From: a virus
Direction: 5' to 3' (one strand)
Length of the DNA: 64,000 bases
IMG/VR virus record: IMGVR_UViG_3300042879_003566
Span: 16,458 to 80,457 of that record
Shown: positions 35,022 to 44,014 of the stretch, one piece after another
Layout: the number at the start of each line of letters is the position of its first letter
Numbering within the stretch: the stretch's first letter is position 1
Made by a program: the position numbers and the translations under genes
The notes under the pieces: generated by a model
What the model saw: only the letters and a program-made list of their open reading frames with translations
Databases searched by the model: none
Told to the model about the DNA's origin: nothing

Positions 35022-35915
35022 ATGGGCGGCGGCGGAACCACAGTTCAATATCAATCTCCTCAGATTCCAAAGGATGACACCTTTGAGAAATATCTGGCGT
35101 ATCAGCAGCAAAAAGAAACTGCTGCAGAAGAACGCGCTGCAAAAGAACGTGCAGAAGCTGCAGCTAAAGAAACGGCTCGTAAAGCTTCTGGCCAAGCCGG
35201 CTTCACTGGTCTTCGTACAGGTGTTGAACAGCAGCTGCGCCAAGGTTTAATTAGTTATTCCGATGCTACGGGTCAGCTGCGTGACTACGCCGCCAAATAT
35301 GACCTGACGCCGCCTGAAACGGATATTGCTTCTTTAACCAAAACATATACAGAAGAGTTGCTCCCTGGTCGCCGCCAGACAGGTATCTCTGCCGCATACG
35401 AAGAACTTCTTGGCCGTCAAGCTACGGAAGAAGAAAAAGGCAAGGCAATGGAGCGTTTCCAGCAGGGCTACTACAGCTCTGTCCAGGATCTGCGTGATTC
35501 TCTTTCCAAAGGTCAAGAGTATCAAGACAAATTTAATCAAAGTTATCTTGATAACTATTACGACACCATGTTTGGCAAGCAAGGTGTTGACGAGGCTGGT
35601 AAGAAAACGGGCAAGCGTACATTCACTTTTGACAAGAGTCTTCTGCCTACTTACGCAGAAACTACCAAAGATCGAGCTGGCGTCGCACTACCTTCTTTTG
35701 CCGATCAGTTCCAAGGCAGCCCTGCAGAAATTGAAGAGCAGCTTCAGAATGTACGTGAAACACGCAAGTACCTGTACAGTGCAGGTTTGACTAATCTCCA
35801 AGGAGAAATTGACAAAGAAACGCAGAAACTTAAGAATGAAGGTTCTTCTGCTGTTGCCAAGATTCAAGCGCAAGGAAATGTTTATCAACAACTTGTTGGC
35901 GCATTCAGTTTCTAA
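35022..35915 (+). CDS. putative internal virion protein
   Basis: MGGGGTT start typical of ejection proteins; helical; AGGAG RBS. Confidence 0.6.
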   Translation: MGGGGTTVQYQSPQIPKDDTFEKYLAYQQQKETAAEERAAKERAEAAAKETARKASGQAGFTGLRTGVEQQLRQGLISYSDATGQLRDYAAKYDLTPPETDIASLTKTYTEELLPGRRQTGISAAYEELLGRQATEEEKGKAMERFQQGYYSSVQDLRDSLSKGQEYQDKFNQSYLDNYYDTMFGKQGVDEAGKKTGKRTFTFDKSLLPTYAETTKDRAGVALPSFADQFQGSPAEIEEQLQNVRETRKYLYSAGLTNLQGEIDKETQKLKNEGSSAVAKIQAQGNVYQQLVGAFSF

Positions 35916-35957
35916 AAGAATGTGCTTGATATAATTACTTTAGTTCTAAAAACGTAA

Positions 35958-36137
35958 ATGACCTACACTGCGCCCACCGGCCAAAGCGCCGCAGATGATT
36001 ATTTTGACATTAATAAATTTGAGCAACTGCTTTCTCGCCTGGAATCTTCCAAGGGTCGTCAACAACGTCAAAAGTCTACCGAAGGTCGTCGTGACATTTA
36101 TGCTCAGGGCCTTGCTTCAATGATGAGCAACTTTTGA
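35958..36137 (+). CDS. 59-aa protein, tandem copy 1 (not in ORF track)
   Basis: MTYTAPTGQSAADDYFDINKFEQLLSRLESSKGRQQRQKSTEGRRDIYAQGLASMMSNF. Confidence 0.8.
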   Translation: MTYTAPTGQSAADDYFDINKFEQLLSRLESSKGRQQRQKSTEGRRDIYAQGLASMMSNF

Positions 36138-36157
36138 TCTTACCTGACATTTAAGTC

Positions 36158-36337
36158 ATGACTTATACTGCCCCCACTGGCCAAAGCGCCTCCGACGATT
36201 ATTTTGATATTTCCAAGTTTGAACAGCTGCTTGATCGCCTGGAATCTTCCAAGGGTCGTCAGCAGCGTCAAAAATCTACCGAAGGCCGTCGCGATATCTT
36301 CGCTCAGGGTCTTGCTTCAATGATGAGCAACTTCTGA
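36158..36337 (+). CDS. 59-aa protein, tandem copy 2 (not in ORF track)
   Basis: Differs from copy 1 at 4 residues plus many synonymous sites. Confidence 0.8.
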   Translation: MTYTAPTGQSASDDYFDISKFEQLLDRLESSKGRQQRQKSTEGRRDIFAQGLASMMSNF

Positions 36338-36362
36338 TTTTTTCTTGTAAGATTTGTAAGCC

Positions 36363-36611
36363 ATGACCAGCAGCGTTCCCGCCGGACAAGTCGATGTTGA
36401 TGATTGGTTCGACTTAGACAAATACCGTCAGGCTGCTGGCGTGGCCTATGAATTTTCCAAGAAAAAGATGGAGACCGCTGGTGAACAAGAACGAGAAACC
36501 ATCGGCAAAGGCGCAGAAGAGCAGCGCACATCCGCTGAGCAGTCGCAAGAATTCAAGCAGCGCGACGAAACCCGGGACTACGGCCAGGCCCAACGAGCTT
36601 ATCGATATTGA
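36363..36611 (+). CDS. 82-aa protein, distant paralogue of the 59-aa pair
   Basis: Shared N-terminus MT...P.GQ...DD.FD..K. Confidence 0.7.
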   Translation: MTSSVPAGQVDVDDWFDLDKYRQAAGVAYEFSKKKMETAGEQERETIGKGAEEQRTSAEQSQEFKQRDETRDYGQAQRAYRY

Positions 36612-37098
36612 GTTATTCGATGCGTGGGTAGATAATCTCGACGCATCAACTCAAGAATCTTTCTGTGCGTTTGCCGCAGAAAATTACTCGTTAATCGAAA
36701 TTTATCTCTACTCTCGTTTCCTTGGTTACAAGGGGACTATTACTGCGTGTGAACTCTGGGTTAAGGACAACTACAAGAAACCCGATCACCGCAAAAAACT
36801 CCTTTATGAAATCGATGAGATGCAAGAGGATGTTCGTAAGTTACGTGAAGACGTAGAGAATGGTGTGGTCAAACGTGATGCAGGTGTTGCACGCGTTGCT
36901 TCTATGCAAAAAGAAATTAGAGGTCATATTGATCAAATTGAAAAATTCACCAATTCCAAAGACCGTAAGGGTTTGTTAATGGCCGGCGCAGATCGTGCCA
37001 TTCGAGAGTTAATGTTTATTTTTAAAGATGACCCCATTGAGATTCCCTTGGAAGAAGCAACGATGAGTGTATGGGCACGTATGCAACTTGAAGAATAA
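36448..37098 (+). CDS. hypothetical protein, candidate terminase small subunit (true start probably near 36600)
   Basis: Helical protein shortly upstream of terL. Confidence 0.5.
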   Translation: MNFPRKRWRPLVNKNEKPSAKAQKSSAHPLSSRKNSSSATKPGTTARPNELIDIELFDAWVDNLDASTQESFCAFAAENYSLIEIYLYSRFLGYKGTITACELWVKDNYKKPDHRKKLLYEIDEMQEDVRKLREDVENGVVKRDAGVARVASMQKEIRGHIDQIEKFTNSKDRKGLLMAGADRAIRELMFIFKDDPIEIPLEEATMSVWARMQLEE

Positions 37099-37135
37099 TT
37101 CAGTTAGGATAGGTTTAAATCAAATAATTATACCG

Positions 37136-37405
37136 ATGGGCGCCAAACAGGTTGACATTACCGATCCTCAACAACGTCAATTAGCACGCGAAGGAATTCG
37201 CATGCGTCAAGACAGTATTCGTCGTCAAGAAACCGCTCCGCAAACTGGCAGTGCGCCGATGGCGCCGGGAACTGAGCCGGGCAATGCGTTTGCCGGCAGG
37301 CGCCCTGGTATTGAGTTTGGTCCTGGTCGTGCCAACCGCTTCCCCGAGCCTGGCTCTCCTGAGTATCAAATGGCAATTGCTCGCATGCGTCGGGGTAAAC
37401 GCTGA
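37136..37405 (+). CDS. hypothetical protein
   Basis: Likely start MGAKQV. Confidence 0.55.
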   Translation: MGAKQVDITDPQQRQLAREGIRMRQDSIRRQETAPQTGSAPMAPGTEPGNAFAGRRPGIEFGPGRANRFPEPGSPEYQMAIARMRRGKR

Positions 37406-37569
37406 TGGCTAAAGGTAAGATGCCCCCTCAACTTCTTGAGCACTTTAAGAAGAAAGAAGCCAAGAAAGAAGATGGTACTGAGATGAGCGATAGCGAAAAA
37501 CGCAAGGCAGCCTTGGATAAAGCGCGTAAATATAAAGAACAGAAAAAAGACAAAGAAGAAGCAAAATAA
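37405..37569 (+). CDS. 54-aa Lys/Glu-rich protein (not in ORF track)
   Basis: MAKGKMPPQLLEHFKKKEAKK..., TGATG coupling. Confidence 0.65.
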   Translation: MAKGKMPPQLLEHFKKKEAKKEDGTEMSDSEKRKAALDKARKYKEQKKDKEEAK

Positions 37570-37601
37570 GATAGTATTCAGTTAACAACTGATTTATTCT
37601 T

Positions 37602-39128
37602 GTGCCTAGCTATACGCATCTTGCCTATCGTCGCAATGCGAAGGCTGCGGCACGCCGCCAACAGATCCGAATTCCGCGCAACGCAGAAGCACTGGAGCTT
37701 GCGCGGGAAGACTTTGCTTATTTCTGTGAGTATGTTGCAGATAAACCTCCCGCTACTCATCACAAAGAATGGCATCGGCACTTTGTTACCAACGAAGACA
37801 GCAATTGTTTAATTAAAATTGCTGGTCCCAATATTGATCTTCTTGCGCCACGAGGATCAGCTAAATCAACGGTTCTTGGCTTGCTGACTGCTTGGGCTAT
37901 TGGTATTCATACACAAGCCAAGTTACCATTGCAGATCCTTTATCTGTCGTACACGGTTGATATTGCACGTTCTAAGTCCGCAACGATTAAACGCATTATT
38001 GAAAGCAAACGCTATCAGGAAGTTTTCCCGACGGTGCGTTTGATGAAGAACGTTACCAGTAATGAGTATTGGTCAATTGACCATAAGTTTGCTGGCATTG
38101 ACACTACTGGTGACGAACAATTTACCCTCTGCGCTGCAGGCCTTAAGGGTTCGGTGACTTCTAAGCGTTCTCACCTGGTAATGATTGATGACGCTATTAA
38201 ATCTGCCGCTGACATTGCCAACCCTGACATTCGGAAACAAATGCAGGAGAACTGGAACGCGGTGATTGCTCCCACCATGTTTGAAGGCGCACGTGCTATT
38301 TGCCTTGGAACTCGCTTTAGGCACGATGATATTCACGCCACTACTTTTAACAAACAGAACAATTGGATGCAGATCGTTCTTTCTGCAATTAATACAAACC
38401 TTAAAACAGGAGAAGAAGAGTCTTATTGGCCTGAGATGTGGTCACTAGACTACCTCAAAGAAAAGAAACGGCAAGCGCCAATTGCTTTCTCGTTTCAATA
38501 TATGAATCAAATTGTCAGACAGAACGAGCTTTCCTTGGCGCCAGAACTAATTGTTAAAGCGGAAATTTCAACGGAGTTTGATACGCTCGGTATTGGTGTG
38601 GACCTTTCTGCTGGCACCAAAGAGAAGAACGATTACACCGTGATGATCCTTGGCGGACGCATTGGCGACCGCATTCATATCATCGATTACAGGCGCATAC
38701 GCGTCATGGGCAACCTGGAAAAACTGGACGCTCTTAAAGAATTGTTGAACGATTGGTCGGTGATTGGACGTGATGATAGCGGAAATTATTTTCCGACTTA
38801 TTCCACATGTGATATTTGGTCAGAAGCCGTCCAATACCAAGCTTCTCTCGAAGCCGACTTCAAACGGGTTTGCCTGAATAACGAAGGTCTCTACAATTTG
38901 ATTTGGCATCCAGTCAAGGGTTTCCGTGCAGACAAGCTGGCACGTTTCCGTGGAATCATGGGTATGTTTGAAGATCGAAAGATAATCTTCAATCGTTTCC
39001 GGAACTTCACAAATCTCTTCGAGGAACTCACAAATTTCGGCGTTAGTGGTCATGATGACTGCGTTGACGCGTTGGTTTGGTTGGTTACTGGACTTGCAAG
39101 AAAAGGTCAGTTGCACATTGATTACTAA
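37602..39128 (+). CDS. terL: terminase large subunit
   Basis: Walker A APRGSAKST, Walker B VMIDD, coupling motif GTR, nuclease GVDLS...DYT...HDDCVDAL. Confidence 0.93.
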   Translation: MPSYTHLAYRRNAKAAARRQQIRIPRNAEALELAREDFAYFCEYVADKPPATHHKEWHRHFVTNEDSNCLIKIAGPNIDLLAPRGSAKSTVLGLLTAWAIGIHTQAKLPLQILYLSYTVDIARSKSATIKRIIESKRYQEVFPTVRLMKNVTSNEYWSIDHKFAGIDTTGDEQFTLCAAGLKGSVTSKRSHLVMIDDAIKSAADIANPDIRKQMQENWNAVIAPTMFEGARAICLGTRFRHDDIHATTFNKQNNWMQIVLSAINTNLKTGEEESYWPEMWSLDYLKEKKRQAPIAFSFQYMNQIVRQNELSLAPELIVKAEISTEFDTLGIGVDLSAGTKEKNDYTVMILGGRIGDRIHIIDYRRIRVMGNLEKLDALKELLNDWSVIGRDDSGNYFPTYSTCDIWSEAVQYQASLEADFKRVCLNNEGLYNLIWHPVKGFRADKLARFRGIMGMFEDRKIIFNRFRNFTNLFEELTNFGVSGHDDCVDALVWLVTGLARKGQLHIDY

Positions 39129-39158
39129 TCCTAGAATTAGAAAAAAAGCAGTGCATTC

Positions 39159-39452
39159 GTGGGACCCGAATATGTAGCCATTGGCATCACTGCCCTTGTA
39201 TCGGCGGTTACAGGCGCTACGTGGGTTGCCAATAAAATATTAGATAGGCATCAAGAGCGGATCCAACAAGCTTTTGATTACATTGGATCTCAAAAACGAA
39301 GGATTGACATCTTGGAAGATCAAATCAACCGCATGCCTTTGGACTATGTGCTGAAGGTTGATTTTCTCCGGGAGATCCAGGAGATGCATGATAATTTTAG
39401 ACAAATCAATGACAAGCTTGATAAGCTAATGGAAAAGCTTTTGTCAAAATGA
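39159..39452 (+). CDS. membrane-anchored coiled-coil protein (possible holin-type)
   Basis: N-terminal TM segment followed by a heptad pattern. Confidence 0.55.
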   Translation: MGPEYVAIGITALVSAVTGATWVANKILDRHQERIQQAFDYIGSQKRRIDILEDQINRMPLDYVLKVDFLREIQEMHDNFRQINDKLDKLMEKLLSK

Positions 39453-39631
39453 GCTACATTCTGGAAGTAGAAGAAGACGAAAACGGAGAAAATTTTATTA
39501 CTTTGCCTGACGAACTAATCGAAGAACTTGGCTGGCAAGAGGGCGATGTTCTTGATTGGGATGTTCGCGGTAACGGAATTATTTTAACCAAGGTTAACGA
39601 CTCCCCTGGTTACGAAGTTATAGAAGAGTAG
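39449..39631 (+). CDS. AbrB/MazE/SpoVT-like DNA-binding domain protein
   Basis: ITLPDELIEELGWQEGDVLDW...IIL.K. Confidence 0.75.
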   Translation: MSYILEVEEDENGENFITLPDELIEELGWQEGDVLDWDVRGNGIILTKVNDSPGYEVIEE

Positions 39632-39654
39632 AATACGAAAAAAGAGATAACGAC

Positions 39655-40341
39655 ATGTTTTACGGCGGTGAATCAAACGTTCCAGGCGCTCCCGGTAATT
39701 TACTGGCAGGCGCCCCAAGCTTTGACATTCGGCGTGTACCCGGTGCGTTAGGTGGCCGCTCAGGTGAACAGCTTCGCCGTTTGTATGAAGGCGGCACCCA
39801 ACAGAACGAACAGCTCAATGACGAGTTGATGCGTCGTGGCATTATGCCCGGCAGTGGGCCGCAGCTTCCCATGGCCTTTGGCTCCAGTAATCTCCCTGGG
39901 GCTGTAGGCAACATGGGCGGTATCGCCAATGCTCAGTTCTTTGAAGGTCCTCAGCTTGGTCAAGCCTCTCCGCAAGGTGAGCCACAAAAACCTTATGGTG
40001 GCGCACCAAATATTCCTCTGACTCCAGAGCAAAAGGCTAAGCTCATGCAGCAGGGCAGTCCGCCGCCCGCTGAGTTTAACATTCAAGATTATTTACGCAA
40101 AGCGCAGGCACCTGGCAGTTTTCAAGCAGATTCTTTAGTTGCCAATGTTCCCGGCCGTTATCCGAGTGGCATGGAAGGCGCAGTAGACCTTACTTATCCA
40201 GCTGGAAGCCCTAACTATGGCAAGCCGGTGCCAAACCCTATGCAGCCCGGTCAACCCCTAGATGCAAACGCAGCAGAAATGGAAATGATTCGTCGTTTGC
40301 GTTCCGCTCCCCAAGGATTTCAAAATAAAATGGTTTACTGA
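39655..40341 (+). CDS. Pro/Gly-rich hypothetical protein
   Basis: Repeated SN(V/L)PGA.GN motif. Confidence 0.65.
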   Translation: MFYGGESNVPGAPGNLLAGAPSFDIRRVPGALGGRSGEQLRRLYEGGTQQNEQLNDELMRRGIMPGSGPQLPMAFGSSNLPGAVGNMGGIANAQFFEGPQLGQASPQGEPQKPYGGAPNIPLTPEQKAKLMQQGSPPPAEFNIQDYLRKAQAPGSFQADSLVANVPGRYPSGMEGAVDLTYPAGSPNYGKPVPNPMQPGQPLDANAAEMEMIRRLRSAPQGFQNKMVY

Positions 40342-40631
40342 TGGCACAAGACAATAGCAAATATTCCAAACCTGAGCTGCGTGAGCGGATCAAAGATCGG
40401 ATTATGGCCGGCGAAAAAGGCGGCAAAGCTGGTCAATGGTCGGCACGCAAGGCTCAGCTCCTCGCCCAGGAGTACAAAGAGGCCGGTGGCGGGTATCGTG
40501 GTGGCAAAGGGGAAAAGCAAAAATCCTTAGAGAAATGGGGTAAAGAAAAGTGGATGACTAAGGACGAATACGAGAAACGGGGCAAAGCAAAAGCTGCTGC
40601 TAAAAAGTACAAAGAAACAAAGGATAAATGA
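40341..40631 (+). CDS. DUF5872-like basic protein, N-terminal half
   Basis: Y.KPELRERIK...GGK.GQWSARKAQLLAQEY...GGGY. Confidence 0.65.
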   Translation: MAQDNSKYSKPELRERIKDRIMAGEKGGKAGQWSARKAQLLAQEYKEAGGGYRGGKGEKQKSLEKWGKEKWMTKDEYEKRGKAKAAAKKYKETKDK

Positions 40632-40828
40632 AACAACAACCAATTTCAGATCTTTCAGTTAATCTTGCTGTTGATCCAAAAAGTTCAATTTCGTTTCGAG
40701 GCAACCCTCAAGAGTATCTCGCCAATTTCATTGGACGAGCCGGTAATACGCGTCCCGGAGGCATGCTGATTGGTGCGGATAAAATAATGGAAGAGATTCA
40801 AAGTAATTCCAGAAGATTCCGTGGCTGA
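40628..40828 (+). CDS. hypothetical protein
   Basis: 66 aa; overlaps both neighbours. Confidence 0.5.
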   Translation: MKQQPISDLSVNLAVDPKSSISFRGNPQEYLANFIGRAGNTRPGGMLIGADKIMEEIQSNSRRFRG

Positions 40829-41030
40829 TAAAGCAATACAAAAAGGATATACAAAACGCTACCTTCCCGAGAAAGCGTGGGCTTCTTTGTCTAAAGAAGA
40901 AAGGCAGGAGACAGATCAAAAGAAACGAGAAGGCAGTCGCAAGGGAAAACAATTTGTTTCAAATACGGAATCCGCCAAGAAAGCGGGCAAGGCTGCTCGC
41001 GCAGCTAAACGTTACAAGGAGTCAAAATGA
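40821..41030 (+). CDS. DUF5872-like basic protein, C-terminal half
   Basis: RYLPEKAW..LS.EE...TD.KKREGS.KGKQFV.N. Confidence 0.65.
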   Translation: MADKAIQKGYTKRYLPEKAWASLSKEERQETDQKKREGSRKGKQFVSNTESAKKAGKAARAAKRYKESK

Positions 41031-41173
41031 AAACTAAAAAACTTGTTAAGCAAGCGCTCAACCATCCCGAACTTTATTCTTCTGCCGAACTCGTATTCTT
41101 TGATAAGTGGTTGCGCCTGAAGAAGCAAGCGAAGGCTGCTAAGATCAATAAAGATAAAAAGGCAAATAGTTGA
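41027..41173 (+). CDS. 48-aa basic protein (not in ORF track)
   Basis: MKTKKLVKQALNHPELYSSAEL.FF..WL..KK; coupled to genes on both sides. Confidence 0.6.
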   Translation: MKTKKLVKQALNHPELYSSAELVFFDKWLRLKKQAKAAKINKDKKANS

Positions 41174-43518
41174 TGGCTGGGGACGCAAAGGCCAGACTTA
41201 AAGAAATCATTGACTCCTACCTCGAAAAAGACGGTGGAGCTTCAATCGATACTGGCGTCGTTGCGGCACACCTTGCGCAGATGAAATTATTCGGCATCCG
41301 CCAGGGTGTCGAATTTTTTCCTGCCCAAGACAACTTTGGCAATCAACGCAAAGACTTTATTGATCGCGTAATTAAATACAACCAACTTGATACGCGCCTT
41401 GATTCGGTTTGGGATTATTTCCTTTGTGATGGACAGGGGTTGTTTTACATCCGTCCTACGCAAAATAATTACCGTCTTTACTTTTTCCGTAAACACGAAT
41501 ACAGAAGTTTCTACAATATTGACGGTGAGCTAGATGAAGTCGTCATCATTTATAGCTATAAGGTTCGTCAAGGTCTTGGCTTCCAGCAGGACATTGAAGT
41601 CAGTAACCTTAGTGGTCCGGCTGGCATGGGGCGGGGCGGCGTCAAGCGTTACATCCGTCTGTCGATTAAACGTAAAACAATCGAAGAAACGCATTCTGAA
41701 GGCGAGATTTCTTTCGACACCAACTACCAATCTGTCCCTGGCCGCACAAAAACATTTAAAAATACTCTTGGTTTTATTCCCTGCGTTGAAATCTTTAACA
41801 ACGCTAAGGGCTTCTCGACAGAGGGCGTTGGTGAATTCGATGCGTTAGCCAATCACATCTGTACGCATGACGAAATGGTTCGCACCATGCGTAAGAACGT
41901 TCAGTTCTTTGGTAACCCAACACTGCTTTCGTCTCGTCCCAAGACAGACCTAATGGAGTCCGGTGGCGAAACCGTTGTCCAGCGTCCGTCTATTGCAGCT
42001 AACTCTGGTTTCATGGGCGGTGGTGCTCTGAGTCAGTCACGCTTCAAAGCAGATCCCGTCTATCGCGGTGTTGATGGTCAGCTCCGCGTTCCACGCATCA
42101 TTGCCAACCTGGAGCCAAACGACCGAGTTGGTTATATCGTCCCTGACGCCATCACTGGTGACCAAAATTCTTTTGCACGCCAGTATCGAGAGGAAATCCG
42201 TACCGCCCTTGGTGGCGTTGATGAACTCTCAATTTCTGCAGGTGTTACTGCAACTGAATACAAATCTTTGTTTGGACGTGTTTCTGCAACATCCAAGAAA
42301 AAAGCAATTTCTATTTATACCTATGGCATTTGCCGTTGTTTGGAACTGATTATTTTCCAAGAAGAACGTCTTTTCCGTGACACCCTGGCCGCTGCTGCAG
42401 GTCTTGAAAAGCCCCTGGAATTACCAGAGACAGCAACGCCTGAAGACTTTGTTGCCTACGAAGATGCCATGGGCATGTTTGAAGATCAAGTCAAGCAGTT
42501 GATGATGGCTTGTCTGCGTACCCAGCAGATTCCTCCTGGTGTTTTAGGCCTTATTCCCGATGGTGATGTCACCGTTCAGTGGCGTTGGTTGGGTCCTGTT
42601 TACGAAGATTCCACCCAAGATATTCTCAACAACTCCATTGTTGTTCGAAATCTGCAAGAATTAGGTGTTGATAGCATTGAGGCACTGAAATACCTCTTTC
42701 CGTCTAAAACGGATGAGGAACGGGCCGAGATGCTATCTGGGTTCCCGTTCAGAATGGTGAACGAATTACAGGGTGCATACTCTGCTTTCGCTCGCTTAGT
42801 GGGAGGAATGATGCAGACCCCCCACCCGCAATCACCGGATTTACCGATGGCTGCGGACCCGCGATTGGATTTGACCCCATATCTGTATCGCACTTTAGAA
42901 GCCTTACAAAAGGAGATGAGTTATGCAGGACGCTACCGTCCAATCGATCCCACAGACGAGCCAAGCACCAGTGGCCGTCGCTCCGAGCAGCTACGTGGTG
43001 GCAGCACCGCAGGCAGCTCCGGCGCAGGCTCCAGTGGCTTATCAGGTGGGTACCAGCTACCCCCAAGCGGTGCCTCAGGCGGCCCCCAGCTACCAATCAG
43101 CCCCTACTCAGTACGCCCCCCAATCCCAACCGGAGGCACCTCAGGGGAATCCTTGGGAATCGGCGTTCAACAAGGTGGTGAACCTGCTGAGCGCACCAGT
43201 CCAATCCCCGTTCCAGGGTCAACAGTATCCAGCGACGACTCAGTTTACCCCGGCCAATTACGGACAGCCCAGCAGCCAAGCTACGCAACAATCGGCTCCG
43301 CAGACCTGGTCTCCCAGCCCGGCATACTCGCCCAGCTCTTCCCAAACTTCCTCGACTCCCTCCTTGGAGCAAATCGCGGACCTGGTGGGAATGAGCCAGG
43401 AAAGCCGTCAGGTGATGGACGCGTTCGGGATCGAAGCTCCGGCTCTGCTGAACAACTACGCTCTAAACCTGGAGCAAATGCTGGACAGCGCCGTCGCGTG
43501 GGGAAACCGCGCCGCTGA
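41173..43518 (+). CDS. portal protein with a long low-complexity C-terminal extension
   Basis: Position between terL and scaffold/MCP; N.LGFIPCVEIFN...GVGEF clip-like motif; roughly 590-aa core. Confidence 0.75.
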   Translation: MAGDAKARLKEIIDSYLEKDGGASIDTGVVAAHLAQMKLFGIRQGVEFFPAQDNFGNQRKDFIDRVIKYNQLDTRLDSVWDYFLCDGQGLFYIRPTQNNYRLYFFRKHEYRSFYNIDGELDEVVIIYSYKVRQGLGFQQDIEVSNLSGPAGMGRGGVKRYIRLSIKRKTIEETHSEGEISFDTNYQSVPGRTKTFKNTLGFIPCVEIFNNAKGFSTEGVGEFDALANHICTHDEMVRTMRKNVQFFGNPTLLSSRPKTDLMESGGETVVQRPSIAANSGFMGGGALSQSRFKADPVYRGVDGQLRVPRIIANLEPNDRVGYIVPDAITGDQNSFARQYREEIRTALGGVDELSISAGVTATEYKSLFGRVSATSKKKAISIYTYGICRCLELIIFQEERLFRDTLAAAAGLEKPLELPETATPEDFVAYEDAMGMFEDQVKQLMMACLRTQQIPPGVLGLIPDGDVTVQWRWLGPVYEDSTQDILNNSIVVRNLQELGVDSIEALKYLFPSKTDEERAEMLSGFPFRMVNELQGAYSAFARLVGGMMQTPHPQSPDLPMAADPRLDLTPYLYRTLEALQKEMSYAGRYRPIDPTDEPSTSGRRSEQLRGGSTAGSSGAGSSGLSGGYQLPPSGASGGPQLPISPYSVRPPIPTGGTSGESLGIGVQQGGEPAERTSPIPVPGSTVSSDDSVYPGQLRTAQQPSYATIGSADLVSQPGILAQLFPNFLDSLLGANRGPGGNEPGKPSGDGRVRDRSSGSAEQLRSKPGANAGQRRRVGKPRR

Positions 43519-43882
43519 CACGATCAAAGGCTACGCCGAGTTCTCTGTCAACGAGCACCAGGAGAACCTGGCTTACAACGAAATTCTGACCAACCCCGAC
43601 GTGCTCAGCGATTACACGCTGAAATTCTTCGGTCCTGAAGGTCCCTATCCCGTGTACGAAAACGAAGCTCAACTGGAGACTCGCGGCTATCCTACCCAAG
43701 CCGTGGCTCAGCCTCAACTGGGTCAGCTGCCCGCTCCCCCGGCTGCCGCTGCTCCTCAGGCCCCCGAAAACTTCTGGGGCAACTTCAGTGAGATGATGGC
43801 TCGTGATCCCCAGAATGCCTGGCGCGTTCTGAACCAAGCGCAACCTCAAACAGTTGCTAACAAACTGTTTGTGATGGAGTGA
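42923..43882 (+). CDS. capsid scaffolding protein
   Basis: Pro/Gln/Ala-rich N-terminus, helical C-terminus, directly upstream of MCP; AAGGAG upstream. Confidence 0.7.
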   Translation: MQDATVQSIPQTSQAPVAVAPSSYVVAAPQAAPAQAPVAYQVGTSYPQAVPQAAPSYQSAPTQYAPQSQPEAPQGNPWESAFNKVVNLLSAPVQSPFQGQQYPATTQFTPANYGQPSSQATQQSAPQTWSPSPAYSPSSSQTSSTPSLEQIADLVGMSQESRQVMDAFGIEAPALLNNYALNLEQMLDSAVAWGNRAADTIKGYAEFSVNEHQENLAYNEILTNPDVLSDYTLKFFGPEGPYPVYENEAQLETRGYPTQAVAQPQLGQLPAPPAAAAPQAPENFWGNFSEMMARDPQNAWRVLNQAQPQTVANKLFVME

Positions 43883-44014
43883 TAAATAAGTCGGTAATTT
43901 GTTTAACTTTTAAAAATAAATTACCGACTGCTAAAATTTGTGTTAGATAAGACATATATTGTCTGAATCTTTCACCCGGCAAAATCTCCCCAAGATTCTG
44001 GAGGATAAAACAAA

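Larger units (their letters stand above)
35958..36337 (+). repeat. tandem gene duplication, period 200 nt
   Basis: Two 180-nt CDS copies. Confidence 0.9.

Noticed and set aside
39449-39631. Toxin-antitoxin pair around the AbrB/MazE-like gene
   Set aside because: Neither neighbour shows PIN, MazF or RelE features.
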